In this document: piece by piece, positions 29,653 through 39,987 of the stretch
Layout of the letters: each line of letters opens with the position of its first letter
Numbering within the stretch: position 1 is the first letter of the stretch
Origin: Deltaproteobacteria bacterium
Lineage (GTDB): Bacteria > Desulfobacterota > Syntrophobacteria > Syntrophobacterales > Syntrophobacteraceae
NCBI GenBank assembly: GCA_021813685.1
Contig: JAKAJS010000238.1
Span: forward strand, 842 to 64,841
Direction: 5' to 3'
Length of the DNA: 64,000 nucleotides
Made by a program: the position numbers and the translations under genes
Notes under the pieces: generated by a model
Databases searched by the model: none
What the model saw: only the letters and a program-made list of their open reading frames with translations
Told to the model about the DNA's origin: nothing

Positions 29653-30327
29653 ATGCGAATACTGCTGGTCGAAGACGATGCGAAGATTGCCGCCATTATA
29701 ACAAACGGGCTGAAACAGGCCGGCTTCGTCGTCGATCATGCCGCCGATGGTTCGACTGGACTGGACTTCGCAGTAACCGGTGCCTATAAACCTGCAATAA
29801 TTGACATAATGCTTCCCCAAATGGATGGCCTCAGCCTGATCGAGGAGCTCAGGAGCCAGAATATTTCCACTCCGGTAATCATTTTGAGCGCCAAAAAATC
29901 CGTTAACGATCGGGTTCGGGGGCTTCAGACCGGGAGCGACGATTACCTCACCAAACCTTTTGCCTTCGCAGAGCTCCTCGCCCGCGTACAAGCTCTCGTA
30001 AGAAGGGGTGCGACTCCGGTTCAGCCGAGCCGCATCAGCGTCGGAGACCTCACCCTCGACCCCGTCAGCCGGGAAGTCTCGCGAGCAGGCGTTCCCATCG
30101 ATCTCCAGCCAAGGGAATTCACCCTGCTCGAATATTTCATGCGCAACTCCGGACGAGTAGTCTCCAAAACCCTGGTCCTGGACCAGGTATGGGACTATAA
30201 ATTCGACCCGCACACCAACTCGGTCGATGTACTCGTCTGCCGCTTGCGAAACAAGGTGGACAAGGGATTTGAAAAAAAGATGCTCCACACCATCCGGGGC
30301 GTCGGATACATTTTGAAGAAACCGTGA
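29653..30327 (+). CDS. OmpR/PhoB-family response regulator (CusR-like)
   Basis: MRILLVEDD, DIMLP, DDYLTKPF, winged helix HTIRGVGY. Confidence 0.95.
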   Translation: MRILLVEDDAKIAAIITNGLKQAGFVVDHAADGSTGLDFAVTGAYKPAIIDIMLPQMDGLSLIEELRSQNISTPVIILSAKKSVNDRVRGLQTGSDDYLTKPFAFAELLARVQALVRRGATPVQPSRISVGDLTLDPVSREVSRAGVPIDLQPREFTLLEYFMRNSGRVVSKTLVLDQVWDYKFDPHTNSVDVLVCRLRNKVDKGFEKKMLHTIRGVGYILKKP

Positions 30328-30584
30328 TTTGTGCGGAGTTTTTGGAATCCGCACCCGCGTCTTCCTGCATGCCGCTGAAGAAATTGCTTCCCGAGCCATT
30401 GTCGAAAAGGAGGAACCGCTGATTCAGCCAAATACGGATGAGCACCCAATCCACTGTGGGCAAATTGTTCCGGGATATTCTCAAACAATTTGATTTTTTG
30501 CTTCGAGTTTAGCGGTTCTTTCTCTTCAATTGTATGCCAGATGACTTCCCGCTCGAGCTCCTCCGGTAGCCACCTGAGGTTTTC

Positions 30585-30990
30585 CCCGACTATGACGCGG
30601 TCCCCCAGACCTATACCGGCAATTATCTCCACTGTTTGCCGTCTTGCCGCACGAGCCCCACCTGCGGCCCATCCGCCCGAAACATCAGAGTCTTGGCGGG
30701 TATAGTCAGAAAGGGAGCTTCTTTGGCCTCGGTAAAGCGTACCTCGGCATACCCCCCGGCAAGGATTTCGTCTTTCGGGTTTTCCACCTCCCGTTCGACC
30801 AAAAGGGTTCGGGAATCGGCAGAGATCACCCCGGCTGTTCGCACCACCTTTGCTTTGAAGGCTCATCCGGGAAGGTCGGGAAGGCTCATTTCCGCGGATT
30901 GGCCGAATGAGACCGAGCGGGCTACGGTCTGAGGGACCTGCACATACACGCGTAAAGTTTTTGTCTGTGCCAGGTGGAACAGTTCCTTTC
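30585..30990 (-). pseudogene. fragment of RND efflux membrane-fusion protein
   Basis: ELFHLAQTKTLRVYVQVPQ...SRTLLVE...GGYAEV...VEII.G...GDRVIV with internal TGA (30863-30865) and frameshift. Confidence 0.75.
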
Positions 30991-31039
30991 CGCCTGACCT
31001 GGTTTTTTTGCTCTTTATCAATCAGGGAGCACTCGGGGA

Positions 31040-31230
31040 TAGCGCGGCGCGGCCTCCAAAATCTTTAAGAAGCAATCCTTGGGCTGTGTCCTCCGCTTCC
31101 ATGGCATCGCCGAGAAATCGGTATGCCGTCCTCCAGGCGAGTTTCTGATACAGGAGAACGAGTTCGTTGAACGCATCGAGGTCCCCCAGGGATACTGCCC
31201 GCATGAGTTCTTCATCCGTTGTCTCTTTTA
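31040..31230 (-). pseudogene. fragment of ECF sigma factor (region 2)
   Basis: TDEELM...GDLDAFNELV..Y...AYRFLGD...AEDTAQ, frameshift, DCFLKI.EAAPRY, then truncated. Confidence 0.75.
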
Positions 31231-31736
31231 CGCTCCCTCTTGGTGTCTCGCGGGGAGGACGGGCATGAAGGTCATTCGAAAACACCGGTTCTCTCTTCTG
31301 CCGCGGCCCCTTGGTTACTCCTTTGCCCCCTGGCGGGGATGTTGTTCCCTGCAATCCTACCTGCTTTCGGGAAAAGGGGTGAGTCCAAAAGACGCGGAAA
31401 TGCTCGGCAATGTGCATCAAAAGCTTCCGAAGCCGGCACATTTTAAAATCGAGGACTACTCCCAGCCAGTATTGCAGCGGCACTTTCCAGGAGGCCAAAG
31501 ACAATTGGGACAGAGAACCACATTCTCAGGCATGAATCGTCGCAGCTCGTTTCGAGTCATCCAATCCATGGGGTATCCTCCGCCAGTCGAGTATTCGCAC
31601 TATGCCTCGCTCCGAACGAATATGATTTTATGAGCTCCTGTACAGAGGTCGGAAACAAGAGGAACGCTTTGATGTGATTGACATAGCTGCCATTAGCCAG
31701 AAACAGTTGACACTGAGAGCTTTCGGCAAAAACAAG

Positions 31737-32063
31737 CTACTGATTCATTCGCGCGCCGGGGCCTTTCCCCATGCCCTTCCCTGTGCAAAATTCCTCCTTC
31801 GTCACGTAACCACGTCCGTTTGTATCCATTGAGGCAAACACCTGTTCGGGATTGTTCCTCCAATGCGGGGCGGCCATGAATTCCGCTTTCGTAAGTTTAC
31901 CGTCATGGTTGGCATCAAGCGCATTGAAGCGTTGCTGGCATCCGTACCTCGGAGGGCCCTGATTCACACTACTCTGACCACCCTGAGTCTGACTGAATGC
32001 CATGCCCGTGACGAAGAAAACCATCGCCAATCCAACTGCCACAGCCAGTCTGAAGCGTTTCAT
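31737..32063 (-). CDS. secreted two-EF-hand protein
   Basis: Signal peptide; DANHDGKLTKAEF and DTNGRGYVTKEEF. Confidence 0.85.
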   Translation of the reverse strand: MKRFRLAVAVGLAMVFFVTGMAFSQTQGGQSSVNQGPPRYGCQQRFNALDANHDGKLTKAEFMAAPHWRNNPEQVFASMDTNGRGYVTKEEFCTGKGMGKGPGARMNQ

Positions 32064-32120
32064 CCTCTCTCCTTTCTTCTCAGGCGGTTTAGTCCGAAAC
32101 TTGTCCAAAGACGTGTGCCG

Positions 32121-32498
32121 CTATCCAACATTGTGGGTGATTCTGCACGTAAGAAAAAGCCGAAAGCTCTCAAACAATACCTGCAGAAGATCACACGCAA
32201 AAACTCCAAAATAAAAACCGTGCCGCTCGCAGTCAATCATGCACTGTGTGGGACAGAACTCGGGCTCCGGGCTCGAATCATCGTCCCTAAGAGTTTCACC
32301 GTTTCGCCGCGCTGCCGGCCCCATCCTATCTCGCTCCATTCCCTGGCGCATCATTCCGTCGCCTCGGTCCATCCTCGAGCACGGAAACTATCATCTCCGG
32401 CCGGGTGGTGGGCTAACCTGCTGCTGTGCGTAAAGAAACTGCGGGCCAAAGCTCAATGCCAGAAACAACACCGTTGTGATTGTTAGTATTCTTTTCAT
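32121..32498 (-). pseudogene. decayed secreted Met/Gly-rich protein
   Basis: MKRILTITTVLFLALSF signal peptide, tandem stops TGA TAG, then GDGMMRQGM...MGP. Confidence 0.45.
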
Positions 32499-32607
32499 GA
32501 CTTATCTCCGACTCGCAGTCATTGCCAGAATTCGTGAACGTCTCCTTTCAATCTGAATAAACGACCGAAAGGGCGAAAACCCCCGCTCGAAAATCTCTTT
32601 CCTTTTT

Positions 32608-32796
32608 GGGCGCCCGGCAGAGCGCGTTCACTGGGAGGTGTAAGTCCTCAACGGGGCGCCTGGGGGAACTGTTTGCCGGACGGTGAGAGTACCCATCACG
32701 GGGTGGAATCTGCAGGAAGTCGCAGGCAAAACGCCGGCTCTACCAATAGAAATCGCATACGAGGCGGCTATTGCCGAATGAGAAGGCAAATATCTT
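32608..32796 (+). mobile_element. degenerate 5' fragment (domain I) of a group IIC intron
   Basis: GGGCGCCCGGCAG.GCGCGTTCACTGGGAGGTGTAAGTCCTC...GGAACTGTT.GCCG...GGTGGAATCTG.AGGAAG..GCAGGCAAA resembles class C intron 5' ends (GTGCGCCCGGCA...); follows a T-run; no RT ORF or domain V seen; right boundary approximate. Confidence 0.72.
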
Positions 32797-33038
32797 CTTC
32801 TGCCGGTAAACCCGCAACTCTGTGTTGTGCCTTTCGCTCCGGAACCTGCTCCATGAGATACTCACTCTCGGCGTATAGCGCCACAATTCACCGATTCCAC
32901 GCCCACATTCTCTCGATCAGTTCAAGGCGATATTTTCTGTGACCGCCTCTTTGCATGGACTGCCAGGCACATCGAAGTTTTTTGCTTGTTCCACATTTCA
33001 CACAAACCTTTCCAAAAGTTAATGTTCAGGACAGGCGC

Positions 33039-33084
33039 CGGTAAGTTTCCGGTCAGGACACGGTAAAGTTTGGCCGGATATAGT
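33039..33084 (+). promoter_or_regulatory. triple 11-bp-period direct repeat plus -10 box (OmpR/PhoB-type promoter)
   Basis: CGGTAAG at 33039, CGGTCAG at 33050, CGGTAAA at 33061; TATAGT at 33079-33084. Confidence 0.6.
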
Positions 33085-33191
33085 GCTGCCTGTAAGCTGG
33101 GGAAGGGAAGGCGGAAGGCGCCTTCGCCTTCAAAAGCCCGGGACAAAGAGCGGCAAGCGGTGCAGTCAAACTTTCATGAGGGGGGATGGGG

Positions 33192-34046
33192 ATGTTTCAC
33201 ATGATTTCACTACCCTGTTTCGGACTGAGTGTGTTGGGGTTGGGCGTGGCGGCTTGCGGCACACTTATCGGCGCGGGTGGTGGGTTCATGCTGATGCCGC
33301 TGCTTCTGCTGCTCTACCCTCACCACAATCCGGGCGAGCTTGCGGCCGTTTCGCTGGGATGCATCCTTCTGAATACTGTCTCGGGCGCCGTTGCGTATGG
33401 CAGGATGGAGCAGGTCGACTATAAGTCCGCACTCCTTTTTTCCACGGTGACCGTACCCGCCGCCGTCCTGGGCGCCCTGGCGACGGCCTGCCTCCCCCGC
33501 CAGGGTTTTGAGGCAATCTTTGCTCTGTTCATCCTGTGTCTGGCACTATTGCTTGTTCTGAATCCCAAAGTGCTCGCCCGCGGAAGGCGAAAGGCAAAAA
33601 GCGAAGATCTCGGCCCTGCCGGTCCGGGGTTGGTGCGGATAGCAAAGTCTGTAAATGGAATCATTTTCGAGTACGACTATCACCGCCTTACGGCAATGGC
33701 GGTTTTTTTCGTTCTGGGCTTCCTTGTCAGCTTCCTTGGCATCGGGGGCGGCAGCCTTATCCTTCCGGCCTTGATCTATCTCATGGATTTCCCTGTATTC
33801 ATCGCCGGGGGCACTACCCAATTGATTGTAGCGGTCGTGTGCCTTGCGGGCACCATCACACACCTCGGCATCGGTTCGATTCACGCATGGGGTTTTAACC
33901 GTATCGCGGCCATTGGAATCGGGATGCTGATTGGTGGGCAACTGGGAGCCTTTCTTTCCAGGAAGATCCGGGGGGCTTGGATCCTGCGCAGCCTGGCGGC
34001 GGCACTCGCGGCGGCGGGAATCAGCATGGTTTTCGCGGTACTGTGA
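33192..34046 (+). CDS. TauE/SafE family exporter
   Basis: GTLIGAGGGF and FLGIGGG twin repeats, multi-TM; start uncertain (33186/33192/33201). Confidence 0.9.
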   Translation: MFHMISLPCFGLSVLGLGVAACGTLIGAGGGFMLMPLLLLLYPHHNPGELAAVSLGCILLNTVSGAVAYGRMEQVDYKSALLFSTVTVPAAVLGALATACLPRQGFEAIFALFILCLALLLVLNPKVLARGRRKAKSEDLGPAGPGLVRIAKSVNGIIFEYDYHRLTAMAVFFVLGFLVSFLGIGGGSLILPALIYLMDFPVFIAGGTTQLIVAVVCLAGTITHLGIGSIHAWGFNRIAAIGIGMLIGGQLGAFLSRKIRGAWILRSLAAALAAAGISMVFAVL

Positions 34047-34074
34047 CAGGGACCGAAAGGAGCGTCGGGGAATC

Positions 34075-34860
34075 ATGCCCATAATCACCATCTCCAGGGG
34101 TTCGTACAGCCACGGAAAGCAGGTGGCCGAGATGCTGAGTGCGAAGCTTGGCTACGAGTGCGTTTCGCGGGAAATAATCCTGAATGCTTCGAAGCATTTC
34201 AACACCCCGGAGATAAAGCTTAAGCGGGCGCTTCACGATGCCCCCTCGAGCCTGGACCGCATCACCTACGGCAAAGACAGGTACATCGCTTTTTTCCAGG
34301 AAGCCTTACTGCGCTATCTGCTGAAAGATAACGTCATCTACCACGGCCTGGCGGGACACTTTTTTGTAAAGGACGTATCGCACGCCCTCAAGGTCAGGAT
34401 CGTTGCCGATCTGGATGAGCGCCTCGCAAACGAAATGGAGCGGGATAACCTCAGCAGAGAGAAAGCGCTGCGCCTTTTAAAGAGCGACGATGAGGAGCGA
34501 AGAAAGTGGAGCCTGGATCTGTACGGAATAGATACCAACGATTCGAGCTGGTACGACTTGATCGTTCATATCGGCACCATGAGCCCGGAAGATGCTGTGG
34601 AGATGATCGCAAAGACGGCCACCCAACCTTCCTTCCAGGCAACCGAGGCATCCCGGAAGGCTATCGAGACCCGGATGCTGGCCGCCCGGGTGCAGGTGCT
34701 TCTCCTGGAAACCATGCCTTCGGCCAAAGTCAGCATCGAAGAGGGTGAAATTGTTGTCTCCGGTGACGGGTACTGGGGGGATGAAAAGAAGCTCATTGCC
34801 ACTGTGGACTGTGAGAAAGCAGGACTTCAACTCAAACTGAGATCATGTAATGCGGGATAG
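34075..34860 (+). CDS. cytidylate-kinase-like family protein, paralogue 1
   Basis: IITISRGSYSHG, VIYHGLAGH, LKVRIVA, YDL. Confidence 0.88.
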   Translation: MPIITISRGSYSHGKQVAEMLSAKLGYECVSREIILNASKHFNTPEIKLKRALHDAPSSLDRITYGKDRYIAFFQEALLRYLLKDNVIYHGLAGHFFVKDVSHALKVRIVADLDERLANEMERDNLSREKALRLLKSDDEERRKWSLDLYGIDTNDSSWYDLIVHIGTMSPEDAVEMIAKTATQPSFQATEASRKAIETRMLAARVQVLLLETMPSAKVSIEEGEIVVSGDGYWGDEKKLIATVDCEKAGLQLKLRSCNAG

Positions 34861-34925
34861 ACATGCTGAATAATGAATGGAGTGCAGTCGTTCGTTCGTT
34901 AATCAATTCATTCGGAGGTGGAAAG

Positions 34926-35891
34926 ATGGCTCTAAGTTGGATGTTTTTGCTGTCCTGTAGCTTACTCGGGTCTTTCTTATCGAGTCTTTTGGGCATAGGA
35001 GGCGCCATAATCCTTATCCCCATCATTTTATTCTTTCAGAAGAGCGTGCATTTGAACCTGGGAATGCATGGAATCACGGCTCTTACGACTCTTTTCGTCT
35101 TTGTGGCCGGAGTCATCGGGTTTTGGGCCCATGGGAGGCACTATAAGATTGATAAGAAGCTGGTGGTCCTGACCGGCGCCGGTGCATCCATCGGAGCATT
35201 GGCGGGTGGAGTGGTCCAGTTCTATTTGCCGCAGAATATCATTTTAATGACCTTTATCCTGCTGTTGTTCCTTATCGGCAGTATGATGCTCTGGCCGATT
35301 AAAAACGAGAATACGGAAATCCCTCAGTATTCTCTGACTCAAGCGATTCTTGGCTGCATAGCGGGCGGTTTCCTGGCCGGCATGTGCGGCATCGGGGGTG
35401 GCACGATACTGGTTCCGTTCATGATCGTTTTTCTCAGAATCCCCACCCGGGCGGCTATTTCCACAGGTTTGGCCCTGGTGATGCTGGCTGGCTTTTTCGG
35501 GCTGAGCGGACGGTTGGAACACGCTTCCTCGGTTCACTGGATACTTGGCATACCGCTGGTGCTCGGCATACTGCCGGGCAGTCTGTTTGGCACCTTCGTC
35601 AACAAACGCATGCCTACGGCCATTTTGCGCAAGAGCTTCGGGGTGCTGATTCTGGTGCTGGCGGTTGAGCAACTCGCAGGGCATCTGGCGGGTCCCCAGA
35701 AAGAAAAACTGCTTGCTCTTTTGACCTCGAGTTCCCTCACGACTGTGGTGTGGATCGTTTGCCTTGTCAGTATTGCCCTGAACGTGGCCTTGCTGATCCG
35801 GAAGTCGCCCCTTTCCATCGGCAGCTACATTTCCCGGATGAAGGACGTTTTCCCTCGAAAGAGTGAAACTGCTGTCGCAGTCGAAGAGTGA
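34926..35891 (+). CDS. TauE/SafE family exporter
   Basis: LLGIGGAIILIP and MCGIGGGTILVP repeats; GGAGG RBS. Confidence 0.9.
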   Translation: MALSWMFLLSCSLLGSFLSSLLGIGGAIILIPIILFFQKSVHLNLGMHGITALTTLFVFVAGVIGFWAHGRHYKIDKKLVVLTGAGASIGALAGGVVQFYLPQNIILMTFILLLFLIGSMMLWPIKNENTEIPQYSLTQAILGCIAGGFLAGMCGIGGGTILVPFMIVFLRIPTRAAISTGLALVMLAGFFGLSGRLEHASSVHWILGIPLVLGILPGSLFGTFVNKRMPTAILRKSFGVLILVLAVEQLAGHLAGPQKEKLLALLTSSSLTTVVWIVCLVSIALNVALLIRKSPLSIGSYISRMKDVFPRKSETAVAVEE

Positions 35892-35964
35892 TTGCAAGGA
35901 TCTTTAGCATTGGGGGTTCGGCAGCGCACACACAACCTGTTCATGAATTCCAGTGGGGATACTA

Positions 35965-37575
35965 ATGTTGAAAAATGGATCAAGACCTTCCTATACGAAA
36001 AACCTGCTGCAGCACTGGCATGATTTCCGCCTCAAGCTTTTTTTCGAGGGGATATTGACAGGAGTGTTCGCCGGAGCGGTCGTTGTCTGCTTTAGACTCG
36101 CCCTGGCCTGGGTAGGCCCCCAAAGAGACAAACTCTTCGCCTTTTTGAGTTCGAGCGCATTCCTTTGGACCATCGGGTGGCTTGCTTGCCTGATGGGTAT
36201 TGGATTGATCCTGGCCTGGCTCATTAAGAAGGTGCCGATGTCAACAGGCAGCGGCATTCCCCAGGTGAAGGGCATTTTGGCCGGATTGTTCCCGGCGCCG
36301 AGTTGGATGAAGGTTATCGGGGCGAAGTTTTTGGGCGGTGTATTGGGAATCGGGGCGGGCCTTTCCCTGGGCCGGGAAGGTCCTTCGGTGCAGTTGGGCG
36401 CCGCGGCGGGCCAGGGGGTTAGCCGGATTCTCAGACGCCCCGGCATCGAGGAGAAATATTTACTTTCGTGCGGAGCGAGCGCCGGGCTATCTGCGGCCTT
36501 TAACGCTCCTCTGGCCGGCGTTGTGTTTGCCCTGGAGGAGTTGCACAAAAACTTTTCCCCGGTTGTTCTGGCATCCACTGTTGCCGCCTCGGTCACCGCA
36601 AACTTTATCGCCCGCATTTTTTGCGGCCAGGAGGCGGTATTCGCCTTTCAGAAATTGCCTGTGCTGCCGTTTCACTATTACCTCCATGTCCTGGTGCTGG
36701 GGGTCGTGGTCGGAGTCTCGGGCCTGTTGTTCAATGCCGGTCTCATCAAATCGCAGGAATTTTACGGAAAACTCCACCGGGTGCCTGACAGGCTAAAGCC
36801 GGTTTTGCCGCTCTTATGCGCCGCATTCCTGGGATTTGTGTTGCCCCAGGCACTGGGTGGGGGCGCACGGCTGATCAATGCGCTCCCCCAGATGCATTAT
36901 GCTCTCGTTCTTCTGCTGGTCATTTTTGCGGTTAAATTCTTATTTACCCTGTTTAGCTATGGAACGGGTGTTCCTGGCGGTATTTTTATGCCGCTTCTGA
37001 CTATCGGTGCGGTACTGGGCAATGTGTACGGCACCATTCTGGCCAGATACCTGCACCTTGAGCCCGTTTATATCAATAACTTCATCATATTTGCTATGGC
37101 CGCCCACTTCAGCGCCATCGTCAGGGCGCCGATCACCGGTAGCATTCTCATCATGGAAATGACGGGCGGGATGGAGCAGCTTTTGCCTTTGATCATGGTA
37201 TGCATGTCCGCTTATGTCGCCAGTGAGTTGATCGGCCAGGGCAAACCGATTTATGACGTCCTGCTCAATCGCATGCTGAAGAAGGCAAAGGCGGCGCCGC
37301 TGATGGCTAACGAGGGCTATGGCGAGGAAAAGCATATCATAGAAAAGGTGGTCGGCCTGGAAGCGCCGATTTGCGACAGCATGGTATGCCAGGTGAAATG
37401 GCCCGAGAACTCTCTTCTGGTCGGCATCAGACGGGGGGACACCGAGTTGATCCCGGCCGGCCACACCACCATCTATCCGGGAGATTATCTGATCGTCATG
37501 TCTGCAGCGGAGAAGCTTGCCCACGTGTACTCGCATCTCCAGATACTGACCGGTGAGGAGTTGGTCGAGGCGTAA
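35965..37575 (+). CDS. ClC H+/Cl- antiporter with C-terminal TrkA-C domain
   Basis: GSGIP, GREGP, GIFMP, Y in KPIYD; C-terminal VGIRRG.TELIP.G.T. Confidence 0.93.
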   Translation: MLKNGSRPSYTKNLLQHWHDFRLKLFFEGILTGVFAGAVVVCFRLALAWVGPQRDKLFAFLSSSAFLWTIGWLACLMGIGLILAWLIKKVPMSTGSGIPQVKGILAGLFPAPSWMKVIGAKFLGGVLGIGAGLSLGREGPSVQLGAAAGQGVSRILRRPGIEEKYLLSCGASAGLSAAFNAPLAGVVFALEELHKNFSPVVLASTVAASVTANFIARIFCGQEAVFAFQKLPVLPFHYYLHVLVLGVVVGVSGLLFNAGLIKSQEFYGKLHRVPDRLKPVLPLLCAAFLGFVLPQALGGGARLINALPQMHYALVLLLVIFAVKFLFTLFSYGTGVPGGIFMPLLTIGAVLGNVYGTILARYLHLEPVYINNFIIFAMAAHFSAIVRAPITGSILIMEMTGGMEQLLPLIMVCMSAYVASELIGQGKPIYDVLLNRMLKKAKAAPLMANEGYGEEKHIIEKVVGLEAPICDSMVCQVKWPENSLLVGIRRGDTELIPAGHTTIYPGDYLIVMSAAEKLAHVYSHLQILTGEELVEA

Positions 37576-37607
37576 GGTGAGGTTGTTCGGGGAAAGGAGC
37601 GCGACGT

Positions 37608-38381
37608 ATGCCCCTGATCGTCATCTCAAGGGGATCGGAACGGCATGGGGAAGAAGTGGCGGGGAAGTTGGCCCTCAAATTGGGATACCGATCCATTTGC
37701 CGAGAATCGATCCTCAAGGAACTGGTTGACGGCGAGAGCCCCCGGGCGGATCTATTCCGAGCCGCGGATCAAGGCCCCCTGGCCCTTGACCGAATGGAAA
37801 ACGGCAGGGAAAAGTATCTGGCATATATTCGTCAAGCGCTCCTGGACAGCCTCGAAAAGGACAATGCCGTCTATCATGGGTTTGCCGCACATGCCTTCCT
37901 GCAGGGGGTTTCCCATGCGATCCGGGTCAGAATCAACCCCGAGAGGGACCAGGAGGGAAGCAGCGCCCGGGAAGCCTTTAAAACCTTGCGGCAGAAAAAG
38001 GCAGAGCACCTCAACTGGTACAGGTATCTCCACGGGATCGATCTGGCCGACCCCATCCAATACGATCTGGTCCTCTCCATGCACACCATGACGGTGGAGG
38101 AGGCAGTCGATGTTCTCGCCGAGGCCTCGCGCAGACCCTGTTTTCAGCCCACCCGGGACTCCGGGAATAGAATGCGGATGCTTTGCCTGGCCGCCCGGGT
38201 ACAAAGCTTGCTCGCCGAGGAAACTCCCTTTGTCAACGTTGCGGTGGAAGATGGAGATATTACCCTCAGCACCGAGGGGTATTGGAAACAAGCCATGAAA
38301 GTCATGGACCGGGTTGAACAGATACTCGGTCGGAACAGGTCCGTGGGGATAAAGGTACGACTGAAGGCTCCACGGAACTGA
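37608..38381 (+). CDS. cytidylate-kinase-like family protein, paralogue 2 (more diverged)
   Basis: LIVISRGSERHG, AVYHGFAAH, YDLVL. Confidence 0.85.
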   Translation: MPLIVISRGSERHGEEVAGKLALKLGYRSICRESILKELVDGESPRADLFRAADQGPLALDRMENGREKYLAYIRQALLDSLEKDNAVYHGFAAHAFLQGVSHAIRVRINPERDQEGSSAREAFKTLRQKKAEHLNWYRYLHGIDLADPIQYDLVLSMHTMTVEEAVDVLAEASRRPCFQPTRDSGNRMRMLCLAARVQSLLAEETPFVNVAVEDGDITLSTEGYWKQAMKVMDRVEQILGRNRSVGIKVRLKAPRN

Positions 38382-38518
38382 AGAAACGGGGTGCTGTAAG
38401 TGCGGACATCTGCCTGTTCCCTGGAACGAAAAACAGGGAGAGTTTTCAAAAGGCCGGAATTGTGCTTTAATGGCGTGAAAAGCATAAATTCCGGCCTGTT
38501 GTTTTCATTGGAGTTGCC

Positions 38519-39916
38519 ATGCGGTTTCGATCGCTCTATCGCCTGCGGGGATCCATCGCCTTCCGTATAACGATCTGGTATTCAATCATCTTCCCTTTGA
38601 GCTCAGCCCTTTCCTTTGGAATCATGTATTATTCCTTTTCTTCGTATGTGAACCATAAAGATCGGGAGATTCTCCGGGCAAAGATCGCCGAATATGTTGG
38701 CGCCTACCAGGCGGGAGGGGCCAAGTTGCTTGATTCGGAAATCCGCACGGACAGGAAAAGGGACAAAAGGATCTCCTTTTTTGTGCGAATCTCGGGGCGT
38801 GACAACAAGGCGGTTTTCTTAAACGTTCCCGATACCGAAACAGCTTTTGACTACAAATATTTAGACCGGAAACCGCCGCGCCCGAAGCTTGTCGATCTGA
38901 TAAGGGGCAGCGGCTTCCTTCCCACCGAGGAGTTGTCGGCCGGTTTGCCCGGCGGCCTCCTGCTTCAGGTGGGAAAGAGTATACAGGGCCGCCAGGTGCT
39001 CCTTCAAAATTTTCGGGAGACCTTCCTCGCCGTCCTGATACCGGTTGTTCTCCTGGGCTTTGCAGGAGGGGCTTTTCTGTCCTATCGCGCCCTCAGGCCC
39101 ATTCACTCGCTTGTCGAAATAGTCGATCTCATTATAGATACCGGAAAAATGCGCGACCGGGTTCCTGAAAATGACGAACTCGAGGACCTGATCGTTCTCT
39201 TTAACCGGCTGCTCGAAAGAATCGAGACGCTCATCAGCGGGATGCGGGGCTGCTTGGATAATGTGGCCCACGATCTGCGTACGCCTCTCACCAGGATGAG
39301 GGGCGCGATCGAGGAAGCCCTGCAGAGCGAGCAGGGTAAAGACGGGCTCCAGGAAGCCCTCATGGATTGTGCTGAAGAATCCGAGCGGATCTTGACCCTG
39401 ATCGACGCTCTGATGGATATATCGGAAGCCGAAACAGGCGTAATGCCGCTCTTTTTGGAAGAGGTAAACCTGTCGAAGATGTTCGAGGATACTGTCCAGC
39501 TCTTTGATTACGCCGCCGATGATAAAAACATCACACTTTCGACCGAGTGCGCTCCGGATATCTTTATCCGCATTGACCCGATCCGAATGGGTCAGGTCTT
39601 GGCGAACCTGATCGATAATGCGATCAAATACACGCCGTGCGAAGGAAAAGTAACCATCCGAGGAGACCGCACGGAAAGCGAAGTGGTCATCAGCGTCCAG
39701 GACACAGGCGAAGGCATTCCGCTCCAGGAGATCCCCAAAATTTGGCATCGCCTCTACAGGATCGATACGAGCCGGTCCCGGCGGGGGCTCGGATTGGGGC
39801 TCAGTCTTGTGAAGGCGATAGTACATGCGCATGGAGCGCAAATCGACGTATACAGCGAGCCGGACAAGGGCTCCCGGTTCACCATTCACATACCGGAAAA
39901 GTCTCAGCCGCATTGA
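38519..39916 (+). CDS. membrane sensor histidine kinase (HAMP-HisKA-HATPase)
   Basis: 2 [33 protein letters not shown]. Confidence 0.94.
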   Translation: MRFRSLYRLRGSIAFRITIWYSIIFPLSSALSFGIMYYSFSSYVNHKDREILRAKIAEYVGAYQAGGAKLLDSEIRTDRKRDKRISFFVRISGRDNKAVFLNVPDTETAFDYKYLDRKPPRPKLVDLIRGSGFLPTEELSAGLPGGLLLQVGKSIQGRQVLLQNFRETFLAVLIPVVLLGFAGGAFLSYRALRPIHSLVEIVDLIIDTGKMRDRVPENDELEDLIVLFNRLLERIETLISGMRGCLDNVAHDLRTPLTRMRGAIEEALQSEQGKDGLQEALMDCAEESERILTLIDALMDISEAETGVMPLFLEEVNLSKMFEDTVQLFDYAADDKNITLSTECAPDIFIRIDPIRMGQVLANLIDNAIKYTPCEGKVTIRGDRTESEVVISVQDTGEGIPLQEIPKIWHRLYRIDTSRSRRGLGLGLSLVKAIVHAHGAQIDVYSEPDKGSRFTIHIPEKSQPH

Positions 39917-39987
39917 TTTCCGCATCGAGTGCGCTTATACAAATACTTCTTTAAGATTGTTGATTGGAAAACGGAAAAAGAGAGCAG

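Noticed and set aside
30340..30560. Possible transposase remnant after the response regulator
   Set aside because: Protein-like fragments, but no DDE motif or terminal inverted repeats I can identify.
35892..35964. Fluoride riboswitch or ClC-F fluoride exporter
   Set aside because: No GGCGATG..GTTCGCC-type aptamer match, and the protein has canonical GSGIP/GREGP/Tyr motifs rather than ClC-F signatures.
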